A DNA stretch of 64,000 bases from the NCBI RefSeq assembly GCF_001194135.2, contig NC_068982.1:41100859-41164858 (forward strand), given 5' to 3'. The stretch is from Octopus bimaculoides. Taxonomy: Eukaryota. Below, in pieces: positions 37,988 through 50,217 of the stretch (position 1 is the stretch's first letter; each line of letters opens with the position of its first letter). The position numbers were made by a program, and so were the translations under genes. A model generated the notes under the pieces. That model was not told the origin of the DNA and made no database searches. It saw only the letters and a list, made by a program, of their open reading frames with translations.

Positions 37988-38852
37988 TGTACCAAATATA
38001 ATATCCATCTAGTTAATTGAATAAAATATCTAAATTAATGGGAAAACATTAAAAAAAGATAAAAAGACAAAGCTGGACAAAGTGTGCAATCAAAAATGTG
38101 ACGGCCTTTGATTAAGCTATCTTCCAAAACCTGATAGGTAAAGAAAATATATAAAATAGAACATTAATCTTGCAAAAGTTAAATCCAATGAAAAAGAACA
38201 GATAGATAAAAAGATGATAATTAATCTTTGAGCACTTTTTATAATTTGATCTTCTGTTTTAAGGATGGGAACAGAATTGCTCCTTGTAAATAGTGTGTAC
38301 TAAAGTTGTGCAGCTATTAAAATTACACCAATTAGACATCCTCTGACATAGTGGCTTGGCCTGATAGAAGTGGCATCCAAGTTTCTTTCAAACAAAACTC
38401 CATACTGAATCACATGGCATATTTTCTGGCATACAAGTCAGCATGGTATATTGTGTAGTGTAAGCATCATCACTATCTTTCCAAATCCTGCTACATTTCA
38501 AATAGAATTTTTGGTCCTTCAGTCGTTTTGGTGTATAAGTCAGCCTGTAAGGTCTCTTTGCTGCTTGCAGTAAGTAATATGCTGAATATGCATAATAGAA
38601 TTTTCAATATAGACTTAAATAAAGAATGCATTTGCCAATATGTCAATATTTCCTGTAGAACCTCATTTGGGAAATGCTGGTTTATATTGGCATAGGTGTA
38701 GCTATGTGGTTGAGAAATTTGCTTCCCAACCATATGGTCTCGGGTTCAATCCTACCGTATGGCACCTTGTGTGAGTGTCTTCTATTATAACCACAGGCCA
38801 ACCAAAGCCTTGTGAATAGATTGGGTTGAAGAAACTGAAAAAGCCCATCATG

Positions 38853-38892
<40 letters not shown>

Positions 38893-40138
38893 TATAGGCC
38901 AATCGAAAATAAAACAAAAGTCAAAAGGATGTAGACATGGAATGTATTAGCTTAACACTCAGTATATGAGGAAAAGAGTGAGTGTATAACGTTTTGAGCA
39001 TGGCTCATCATCAGAAAGAGGAGAGAGGAAAGGTCTGGAGAGAAGGAATAAAAAAAAGTTCAAGAAAAGCATGTGTGTGGTTACATGGCCGCATGCGTGT
39101 GTGTGTTGGTGTCTCTTTGTCTTGACTTCATGTGGTAGTTGTAAATGAATGTCATTGTCATGCAAGCTGTGTCTTTCATTTCCAGTCTCCCATGAAAACA
39201 TGTCTTGTCATGGAGCAATATTGCTTTACTTGGAAACAGGTGAGAGTTGATGACAGGAAAGGCATCTAGTCATAGAAAATCTGCCTCGACAAGTTCCATC
39301 TGTGGAAAAGTGGACATTTAACAATAATGATGGTTTCTGTATAATTTCATTGTACAGAAGACTTTATTTCTTCATCAAATTGATATCATTGTTATTTAGC
39401 CATAGGTCAGCCCTGACCAAGCAGAAGTATAATCAAAGTTATTTTGACTATTACTACTTGTATTCTCTTTCTTTTTAAAACAGCCAGGTATATGATTTTA
39501 GAGAACAGAATAAATCAGTTCTTGACTGCACTAAAAGTAGAGTTTCCAGAACTTTTTATGTATCAACAATCTGAAAACTGACTAAACAAAACTTGGGTGA
39601 ATCTATAGTTACTTTTAATCAGCCGAAAATGTGACCCCCAAATGTATTAATATAAAATATTCACAGCACGTTTGGTCAAGAAGAGGTCTCTCTTAAATAA
39701 ATTCACCTTTCCCGAAATAATAAATAAATTCCTTATGTAATATAACTAAATATAAATTCCTGATATTTAGTCACTAAAAATGATAAAATAAACTAGGTTA
39801 GAATGTCGAATATCTCAATTCAGACAGAGTAACAACCGAACATTTATTTATATATCTATCTCTGTATTAAAATAATTTGTCTGTCTGTGGATGTGTTTCA
39901 CCAAGAGAGCAACACCAAGTACCAATTCATAATCACAACAGTGGATCTGATGTCACTTTTGCCCCTCATGACACCGCATTATTTTTTTTATATATATATC
40001 ATTTTTTATATATCAGACCTTTTCAACCTGAGTATGCATTCCTATGGACGAGTTTAAGTATGCCTAACATGTGTTATCTGTTTAATGTAGACTTGAAATT
40101 TATTCAGACATACAGACTCAGATATGCACTTATCATCA

Positions 40139-40140
<2 letters not shown>

Positions 40141-40205
<65 letters not shown>

Positions 40206-40228
40206 TTCCCCCTCTCTCCCTCTCTCTC
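40141..40228. repeat. Long (CT)n microsatellite
   Basis: About 30 perfect CT units followed by degenerate CT. Confidence 0.95.
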
Positions 40229-43200
40229 ACACACTTATACACGTATATGCAAACATTTACACTGAAATATATCATTGTCATCATCCATTTTAATGTACAC
40301 TTTTTCATGCTAGCATGTGTTAGGTTTTCATGGAAGATTGAAGACGAAGGTCACTGCTCGTATGATGGCGGTCTCTTTTACAACTGTTATACAAAGTCAA
40401 GGCAAAGAGAGGGTAACACATACACACTCCTGCATATATGTAGAGAGAGAGAGATAGGATCAAAGGTTTTTCCAAACCATAGGCTCATAAGGCCAGTTTT
40501 CTGAATTTTGTGGCATATATATACTCTGCCTGGATGTGATGTCAGTCTGTCACAAGATTACTCATTTTTGCCTGTTGAGTGGACTGGAGCAGCATGGAAT
40601 GAAGTGTTTTGCTCAAGAACAACACACATTGCCTGGTCTCAGAATCAAAGCTACAATCTTACAATTAAGAATGCAACACGTCAACCACTAAACCATGTTG
40701 CCTACACAGACATACACAATATATGATGAGCTTCTTTCAGTTTCCATCTTGCAAATCCTCTCAAGGCTTTTTGTTTGCCTGAGGCTATAGTAGAAAGCAC
40801 TTTCTGAAGCTGCCATGCCATGAGACTGAACTTGAAACCATGTGGTTTGAAAGTTTTCTCCTCAGCCCCTCTCTTTTTTTTTCACATACTTGGTATCATC
40901 CATCATCATCCAATGTTTTAAATCCAGGTTTTGTCCACATTAAAGGGGGTGGCCAGATCTACCTCAATGCCATAGCAACTGAGGTAGGCAGGTGCAGCCC
41001 ACCCCAACCTTTGGGCTGGCTGGTACCCATTCTCCTTTGCTATCATGAGGCTTTTTTGGAGCTGGATTTTCTTGCTTACCCCCAACCTCAGTTTCTAGAC
41101 ATGAGTGGTCCTGAGACCAAGACCTCTGCCATGATTTTTAAGAAATGTGGTGGAAAACTAGCTCAGGAAGGCAGGGACGCTACTCCCTGTGACCCCTTTT
41201 GTATTCTTTTATTTCTTTTACTGATTTCAGTCATTGGATTGCAGCCATGCTGAGGCACTACCATTAAGGTTTTAGACGATATCACCTCCTTACTGATTTC
41301 AGTCTGTTACTTATTTTATTGATATCCGTTTGTCAAACCACTACATTAAGGGGTACAATGTAAACAACAATGCTTTTATACCAGTGAAATTACAACCTAC
41401 ATTCTAGAAAACAATAACATGCTGGTTCTGGTTGATGGGCACTGTACTCTCTGCCTTGGAAAGAAACAGGATGAACACAGCTGGAATGCCTTTCATCATA
41501 AGTATATTCAATCATGAATGACATGTAGCTAAACTATGACTAAGACAGCCATGAATTAATAATAGAGCCACTGTGCAGTCATTCAGAATGCTAGAAATAG
41601 CCGCCAAGTTTCCATCAATCATAATATCTTAAAAAGAAAATGGAGATTTTGGACAATGTCATCCATGATATATACAGAAAGGATGGTCATGGCTATGACA
41701 CTTTTTATCATATCTCTACTCAACCAGGACTAACTTGGGGCTAAACAATAACATTTAAAGATCTCTTACACTGCAGTCAAAGCTTAATCATATCACACTC
41801 TACCATCTTCAGAAGAGAAGGATATATATTATATTAGAAAATGTAGTTTTCTAATATATATAACAAGGCAAACAGATGGTTACAACTGAAAGGCTTTTAT
41901 CACAGGCCTGCTCAATCTGATCAAGCTTCATTCTGTTGATTTTCTTTTTTTTTATTTGACATTTTCAATTAATGCTTTATTTATTAACTGGAAAAAAAAT
42001 TACAATACATATGAAAAAAATGTGTACTTTTGATTGAACCCCCCTTCAGTTTTTTTTTTTTTTTTTTAGTTTGTGTGTGTGTGTAATCGCATCATCATAC
42101 GTCCACTATACATGCTTGCATGGGTCAAATAAAATTTCTACGGCCGGATGTTCTTCTAACCAACCTTCATTTGTTTCCCAGCAAGGTAATATTTCCTGTG
42201 GTCACATATTTTCCAAGGAAGACTGGAAATAAACATCACTTGTATGGCAGTGATACTCGCTTACAACCATACGATGTCATGGCAAGGGCACACACTTAAA
42301 TATATTCTTACACTCACACACACACACACACACACACATTCCTTCTCTCTCTCTCTCTCTCTCTCTCTCACATATGTGTAGAAATATTAATGTACAAAGT
42401 GATATTTGTTTATATCAGCATTACCCAACCATTTGTCATACATTCAATATCTCGTAGATCTCCTACATTTAAAAACTATATCTTCATTAATCTTTTACTG
42501 TCTTTTACATAAAGTTAAATTTCATGAGATAAAGCAAATCAGAAAATGCACACACATACACCACAAAGAGGGCCTATGAAATTTTGTCTTAACTAAGACC
42601 TAAAAGCACCAAACTCTACAATTCTCTTTTCATTAAAATTATCACATTAAAATGTGCATATAAATAAAACTGAATATTTAAAAGTGTAAACAAGTAAATG
42701 ATATAGCATACTTAGACAGACTAAACTTTCATTAAAGTAAATTATAAAGGATGTGCATACACGATCGTCATTAAAATCATTAGACTATGTCCGGTACAAT
42801 AACTTGTTTACAGATTTATTTCAAATCTGACTTTCATTTATATACAAGAGCATAACATGTAATAAGAGAATGACATCGAAATAGGCCATGACCTACTTCA
42901 CCTGCTTAATATGTAGAAAAGACATGCTTCATCAACCACAGTAATGACAATCTGTGTTTTCCCACTTAGTCATGTTAATGAGAGAGCCTCTGTATGGTTG
43001 ATCGTTCTGTTAGAAATAGCAGCCAAATCTTCCTCAAATCACACCCTACATCTTAAAAAGGGAAGATATACTAAGTGTAATATAGTGACTAATATACTTG
43101 ACTCACATAGGGATTAATAACAATAATCTACTTTCTCAAGAGCTATCTTTGTTGGTCATAGATGCTTTTTGGCCTAGTATACAGAGAATGAACACATTAT

Positions 43201-43240
43201 CTAGACAGGATAATTAGTGGTTTTAAGTAATTACCTCAAA

Positions 43241-43700
43241 CCTTTGACATTTAAACTGACCATATCTGACTCAAATAATCTATCTGTTTAATGTTCAAAC
43301 TGGTCAGATCCGACTACTTACACCTACCTTACAATGTCGTTAAAATAAACAATCACATCATTGAAATCTTGAAGTTACAAAATAATGTGTGATTAATTCA
43401 AAAGAATTATCATCATTTAATGTCCGTTTTCCATGTTGGCATGGGTTGGACAGTTTGACCAGAGCTGGGAAGCTGACTTGGCTTGGTTTCTATGTCCTTC
43501 CTAACGCCAACCACTTTACAGTGTGTGTTGAGTACTTTTAATGTGGCTCCAGCACAAGTGCTTTTTACACGGCACCAGCACAAGTACATTTTATGTCGCA
43601 CTGGCACAGGACTCTTGCAGGCCAACACGCCTCACCAGAGGATGCAATGAAAAATGTGAATAAATAGGCATTACATTTGACAGTAATCTGAATGTTAAAA
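43241..43700. mobile_element. TTAA-type MITE family 1, split by an RTE 3'UTR insertion at ~43410-43640
   Basis: The left part matches 60984-61150. The right part (aatgtgaataaataggcattacatttgacagtaatctgaatgttaaa) matches the family end. The insert starts catcatttaatgtccgttttccatgttggcatggg. Confidence 0.7.
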
Positions 43701-45328
43701 CTTTATGCATACTGTCATTAACAATCATAGTGATTTGTATTCTGTTGTTCTACTTCCTTTTCTCTTTCTTCTCTGCTAATATCTTCTCCTTTTTCTAATT
43801 CCTTTTTATTCTGTTTTTTTCTTCATTTTAAAATATGCATGACTACTTAGATGCCAAAACAAAAATGTGTGAAATGTGCTACTTCTAGTAAAACTTTTTT
43901 GTATCTAACAGTAGTGGTAACAAAACATGAGCATCACAAAATATGTATAAAAGAAAAGCGAAAAAATTGATTTCGAAAAATACTGAGGTTTTGATAAACT
44001 CCAAATTAACTGTTACTTCATCATTAACCCTTTTGTTATCATTTTTGTTTTGAAATACAATGCCTTTGTTTCATTTAATTTTGAAAATAATGAAAAATTC
44101 AGAAAGATATCTTATTATTAAACTGGTCTTTGAAACATAAATCAACATGAAATTTTGATGGAAGGTTTTAATCTAAAACACTTCAGAAAAATTGAAATTT
44201 GATCATTAAACCAGAGGCAGTCTTAGACAGGTTAGTATTAAAGGTGAAAGCTTTTTCATGCTAAAGAACAACAGCAGTCATTGAAAATTTGCAACCTACT
44301 TAGTATCCATCTTCTTCGTGAAGACAGTTATGTTGGCTTCTACAAAGAAACTGCCTCACATTATTATTATTGTCTTAAGAGAAAATATAATTAACAAGAA
44401 CTTCCAGATAAAATACAGGCTCAAAGTTCAGGCATTCACACAAATTATATATTTGGTGTTAGCCTTGTTAAATGAACTGTAACATTAAGATTGCTATGCA
44501 ATTACATCAATCTGAAGTCATGCATTAACGAATCAGTAAATTAGATATGTCAATGTTTTGTCTTAGGAAATATTGAATTCAAGTCATACTGAAATAAGAG
44601 TGCAAGTATGTTTTACTGGATTTTTTTTTTTTTTTTTTACAAGCCTGTAAATTTAAGTAGTAACCATAGTGAGGCTTTTGTAGAGAGCTCTAATTACATA
44701 AATATACTAACGAATGTGTCTAAATGTCACTTGCTCTACTATGATGTTCACTTGTTTGAGAATGATCAAAGTATTCAATCTGGACGAAATATAATTTACT
44801 TATTTTATCTGTTTGAAGAGAGATTTGTTTCAACTGATGAAATATTACAAGCCTTTGATTTCTATAATTTTATTTTAAGTCTTAAGATAACCATTACGGG
44901 AGGGCTAAATAAAGCCAGTTACTGGTGATCGACACCATATTTTGTTAATCTACCATCCACTCAGGTCACCACATCAAAAATTTGTTTGTGTGTATATGCA
45001 TGTGTACAAGTATGTATGCCTGTATCCATGTTATTAAGTTTTGTTTCTAGATTTCTTACCAATGGAGCAAGAACTGATTTCTAACCCAGATCCAAGGTTC
45101 TTTCATTGGTATTTCAACAACAAGATGGTTATGGATGTGTGTGTGTGTGTATTTGGAGTCAGTGCCTTTGCAGCTCTATATGTTTTGTTTTATGCATATA
45201 TATTCATACATATAATTGCACATCAACATGTGCATATGTATTTATACACTAAACTGTATCATCATCATCATCGTTTAACATCCGCTTTCCGTGCTAGCAT
45301 GGGTTGGATGTATGTGTATATGTATGGT

Positions 45329-45369
<41 letters not shown>

Positions 45370-45714
45370 ATGGTTCAGTTCCAGGTTCAGGCAGTGTGTC
45401 ACATCTTTGATCAAGGCACTTCATTTCATGCTGCTCTAACATTCTCTCCCATCGTCTGTCATGTCCTCAATGTTCTGCTGGGTCAAAGGCGAGATGGCTG
45501 AGGTTTTATGTCTGCTCACAAATGTAAAGGCACCTAAAACAATTAGCAAAGCATGGCACCTACTACCAAGTCATACTTACTTGCAAGTGATGGCTATGCT
45601 TTTAAATATTTATATAACATTCCCATATCAGTGATCAAACCTGGGATGCTTGGGTGAAATCCAGCAATCCTGTCATACTAGGCTACAGCCTATGTATGTA
45701 TAAAATATTTAGGC

Positions 45715-46130
45715 AGCCCTCTTTCAGGCTTCCCTTCCTCTTCTTCCTCCCTCATTCATTTCCATCACTTCTCTCACTAAGTCACTTTCACCCTTCCTCA
45801 GCACATGACTCAACCATTTCATCCCATTTCTCTTCACACCATCCATCACTGGGTGAATTCCTATCATGCTTTGCAATTCATTGGTTGTCTTCCCCTTTCT
45901 CCGTGCTACATCATAGCATACCTCATATATGCAGCATACATCTGTTCCTTTAGTTTCAATGGCATTCCCTTCTTCATTAGCTTACTAATCAGTTCTTGGA
46001 ACTTATTTCAGGTATGTCTCATTCATACCACCATCACCTAGTCCAGTTCACCTTCTCGTTCAACTTATCTCTTAGGTAACAAAATCTTTTAATACTTTCC
46101 ATCTTCACATCTTTTCCAACTCAACAGTCC
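45715..46130 (-). pseudogene. Decayed RTE-clade reverse transcriptase C-terminal fragment
   Basis: The minus strand, with stops and frameshifts, reads MESIKRFCYLRDKL...RHT*NKFQELISKLMKKGMPLKLKEQMYAAYMRYAMM...MKWLSHVLRKGESDLVREVMEMNEGGRRGR. Confidence 0.75.
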
Positions 46131-46774
46131 TTTCTACACCTTCCTCCTTAAATGTGATTACCATACTAGTCAATATCCCTTTCACATCACTAACATGAGA
46201 TTAAGTACACTGTATACCTGTGTTGTGAAACGGTTGATATTATGAAGGGCATCCAGCCACAAAACACTGACTCAAAAATGATGTGTATGATTGTGTTTTT
46301 TCTGGGAAACATTATATACTGGATTCTGGAAGCTCTAGAATAGAACATTTCCTAGGAAAAAAAAGAACTTATTTAATTACTCTAGATATGTATTCCTCCA
46401 AATCCATTGCAATTTATATACTGAAGGTTGTAAAAATTATTTAGATATTGTTCAAAACAACATCTCTTACCAGGAAAAGAAAATACAATTGAAAGACATG
46501 GTGTATATATATATATATATATATAACTATGATATCTTTTAACACTATTACAGATTTCAATATTTCAGTATCATTGCAGCTGTTGAAGATTGAGTAAAGT
46601 TTGGTTACCTTCCATGAAATTATTGATAATTTGCTTAAAATAGGTACCAAGTCGATACAGCTATTTTAGGACTGCAATTGTTTGTTTTGCCAGATTTCTT
46701 AAATTGACTCCTTTCATGTAGTAAACATTATATCTAAGGACAAGGAAAAAAAAAAGACAAATATTGAAATTACT

Positions 46775-46817
<43 letters not shown>

Positions 46818-47178
46818 TTTTCACTAGGCAAGGTAAATTTAGCTCAAGGTGGGGCATTGACTTTCAAACCTACCTTGACTAAAATACTGTTGTTGTTTAG
46901 TAACACATCCCTGATCAAGCAAACATATGGTCAAGAGGATTCTAACCATGACCATCCCATCTTTTGAAATATTTTGTCTTCAGTTGTATCATTTATCTTT
47001 TACTTGTTTTAGTCGTTGGACTGTGGCCATGCTGGGGCACTGCCTTGAAGGGTTTTAAGCCAAACAGTATTTATTATTATCAAATCTAGTACTTGTTCTA
47101 TTAGTCTATTTTACCAAACCACTAAATTATAGAGACATAAACAAACCAACACTGGTTGTCCCAGCACACACACATATA

Positions 47179-47395
47179 CAAGAGGATGCTGAAAAGTTCC
47201 TGGCCTTAAGGATATCATGAAAGTCCTGGCTGGAGGTCTAATCTTCCGAGTTCTTTTACAGGACTTAGAAAAACTGAAGGACCACTGCAATAAGTGTGTG
47301 AATCTGAGTGGGGAATATGTTGAATGAAATCATAATTAACTGATCCTCCTGTATTTTCTTTTACCCAAAGCCAGGAAATTCTCAGCAACCCATCA
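47179..47395 (+). mobile_element. Internally deleted mariner (Tc1/mariner) MITE with TA flanks
   Basis: ta|caagaggatgctgaaaagttcctggc ... gccaggaaattctcagcaacccatca|ta form imperfect TIRs. The interior encodes QDLEKLKDHCNKCVNLSGEYVE*, a typical mariner transposase C-terminus. Confidence 0.8.
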
Positions 47396-47622
47396 TATAC
47401 ATACATATTTTAATATTTTGTTTAAGCAAAGCGATATTAATAACCTGATTTAAGAACTCAATACATATGTGATTCAGAGCATAATAAGGGATTACATAAA
47501 TAACAAGGGAATAAGAAATTATGAAGTTCATTGCATAATTTCTTGTTCCCTTGTCATTTATATAATCTCTTATACATATAGTCGAAGATGCAAGGCTTAA
47601 TGGTTAGGATATTCAACTCACA

Positions 47623-48394
47623 AGAAACTAGAAGTAGTTAATAGCTTCCGCTAGCTAGGTGACCAAGTCTGTAGTGGGGGTGGATGCTCTAAGAGTGTTG
47701 TCACTAGAATAAGAATAGCCTGGGCAAAGTTCAAAAAGCTCCTATCTCTGCTGGTAACAAGGGGCCTCTCGCTCAGACTGAAAGGTAGACTGTATGATGC
47801 ATGTGTGCAAATAGCCATGCTATACAGCAGTGAAACATGGGCCATGACTGCTGAGGACAAGTGTAGGCTTGAAAGAAATGAAGCTAGTATGATCCGCTGG
47901 ATACATAATGTCAGTGTGCACACACGACAGAGTGTAAGCGCCCTGAGAGAAGTGTTGGACACAAGAAGCATCAGATGTGGGGTACAAGAGAGACGCCTGC
48001 ACTGGTATGGTCATGTGCTGCATATGGATGAGGAGAGGTGTGTGAAGAAGTGTCACACCCTAACAGTAGAAGGAACCTGTGAGAGGAAGACATGGGATGA
48101 GGTGGTGAAGCACGACCTTCGAACGTTGGGCCTCACAGGGGCAATGACAAGAGACCAAGACCTTTGGAGATATGCTGTGATTGAGAAGACCTGGCAAGAA
48201 AAGTGAGATCACAGCCATAGCCTATACCAGTGTCACATAACCAGCCCGCTTGAGAAGACCTATTGAGTCAAGTAAAATCAGAATCAAAATCAAATCATGA
48301 TTGAAATCAAAATGGTAATTGTAGTTGTAGCCGATGCAAATTGTCTAACCCATGCCAGCATGGAAAATAGACGTTAAACAATGATGATGATGAT
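47623..48394 (+). mobile_element. 5'-truncated RTE-clade LINE (end of ORF plus 3'UTR) inserted into a family-D SINE
   Basis: Reads KLEVVNSFR*LGDQ...TRIRIAWAKFKKLLSLLVTRGLSLRLKGRLYDACVQIAMLYSSETW...RRLHWYGHVLHM...RKTWDEVVKHDL. The tail is aacccatgccagcatggaaaatagacgttaaacaatgatgatgatga. The host SINE head (47588-47622) resumes at 48395 (taaggtcatgagttcaattcc) and runs to about 48670. Confidence 0.9.
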
Positions 48395-48700
48395 TATAAG
48401 GTCATGAGTTCAATTCCTGATGATGCGTTGTGTCCTTCAGCAAGACACTTTATTTCATGTTGCTCCAGTGCACTCAGCTAGCAAAAATGAGTAGTACCTG
48501 TATTTCAAAGGGCCAGCCTTGTCACACTCTGTGTCACGCTGAATCTCCCTGAGAATTACGTTATGGGTACACATGTTTGTGGAGTGCTCGGCTATTTGCA
48601 CATTAAATTCACAAGTAGGCTGTTCCATTGATCAGATCAACTGCAACTCTCATTGTCATAACTGACAGTGTCAGTTTTTTTTTTTCATTTTTTGGTTTCT

Positions 48701-48931
48701 TATTTCTTCATTGCTCACAAGAGGCTAAACATAGAGGGGACAAACAAAGACAGACAAAGGTATAAAATCGATTACATCGACCCCAGTGCATAACTGGTAC
48801 TTAATTTATCGACCCCGAAAGGATGAAAGGCAAAGTTGACCTCGGTGGAATTTGAACTCAGAACGTAACGGTAGACGAAATACCGCTAAGCATTTCGCCC
48901 GGCTTGCTAACGTTTCTGCCAGCTCGCCACC
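48701..48931 (-). mobile_element. Young family-B SINE, tail type B2, with a TSD
   Basis: Near-identical reverse complement of 183-412. Flanks are ttttttggtttct (48688-48700) and tttt..aggtttct (48932-48950). Confidence 0.85.
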
Positions 48932-48962
48932 TTTTTTTTTTTAGGTTTCTTTCTACATACAA

Positions 48963-49004
<42 letters not shown>

Positions 49005-50134
49005 GATGGGCTTCCACCCACACAGTTTCCATCTATCAAAGTCACCCAAAAAATATTGGTTTGATTTGAAGCTAGAAGTAGAAGACACTTGCCCAAGGTG
49101 CTGTGCAGTGGGACTGAACCCAAAACCATGTTGTTGCAAAGTGAGCTTCTTAATCACACAGCCATGCCTTCAGCTATAAATACTAAAACATATACTAAAA
49201 TTAATGTGTTCTTTCTGGTTGAATCTTACAGAATACATTTTAACTCTTTTTTTTTTTTATAGTATCATACAAGAAGTAATGCTTTCCTTGCATTTTTCCC
49301 TTTTAACATGAAAACCAGTTGTAAACTAAACCCAGATATACTGGAAAATAAATCTTTCTTCTTGATCTGTTTTTTTTTCTTTTCTTTTTCTTTTTTTTTA
49401 TTATTGTTTTATGGAAGTTGCTGAATGTTATTGCAAGGATATAGGTCTCTTCGTGTTACCGCATCTAAGCTAGATATTGTATCAATATTCATTGCTAAAA
49501 TGATTTAATGCTAACACAGAAAATATCAGAAAGAAGTATATATTGCACTATAACATGCTGTTTTCCTGTATATCACTGCCTTTAAGAAAAAATTGAATTA
49601 CTCTGTGTAAATGTAATATATCTTCAACACAGATCTGAAGTCATTCATTCTAGTTTTGCACTCAGAAACCTGGACAGAGAGTGAATTGGATTATTAAGCT
49701 ATTTCAGTAACTGTGTTAAAAGCAAAATTGAATCTTACATCTTTTAGCTGTTTCAGTCTTTGGACTACGGTCATGCTGGGGCACTGCCTTGAAGAGCTTA
49801 GTGAAACAAATTAACTCCAGTACTTTGTTGTTGTTTTTTTTAAAGACTGGTACTTATTCTATCAGTTTCTTTTGATGAATAGCTAAGTTACAAAGCAACA
49901 CCAGTTGTCAAGCAGTGGTGAAGGGCAAATACAATACACACATATGATAGGCTTCTTTCAGTTTCCTTCTACCAAATTCACTCACAGGGCTTTGACCAGC
50001 CTGAGCTATAATGGAAAGCACAATGCAGTGGGACTAAACCTAGGACCACATGCATGGGAAGCAAACTTCTTATCACACAGCCACACTTGCAACTATGAGA
50101 TTTTCAAAAAAAATTTTTCTTCTTCTTCTTGCAG

Positions 50135-50217
50135 TCACCTCCCATCAAAAGCTCCTGAAGAAGAAAGGAAACACAAGCAAGAATATGAACAAATGGTGGA
50201 AGCTGCAAAAAAGAAAG
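50135..50217 (+). CDS. TBC1D12/14: Next coding exon of the same TBC1D12/14-family gene
   Basis: Translates as (G)HLPSKAPEEERKHKQEYEQMVEAAKKK, matching the family segment NLPAK-x-x-EEA-x-x-H-x-Q-x-Y-x-EMV-x-x-AKKR. Acceptor tttttcttcttcttcttgcag ends at 50134 and donor gtatgg starts at 50218. GG from the previous exon plus T gives an in-frame Gly (ENRPG|HLPSK). Confidence 0.93.

Larger units (their letters stand above)
13865..50134 (+). other. ~36.3 kb GT-AG phase-2 intron of the TBC1D12/14-family gene
   Basis: Lies between two exons whose peptides are contiguous in homologues. It contains three N gaps, so the true length is uncertain. Confidence 0.85.
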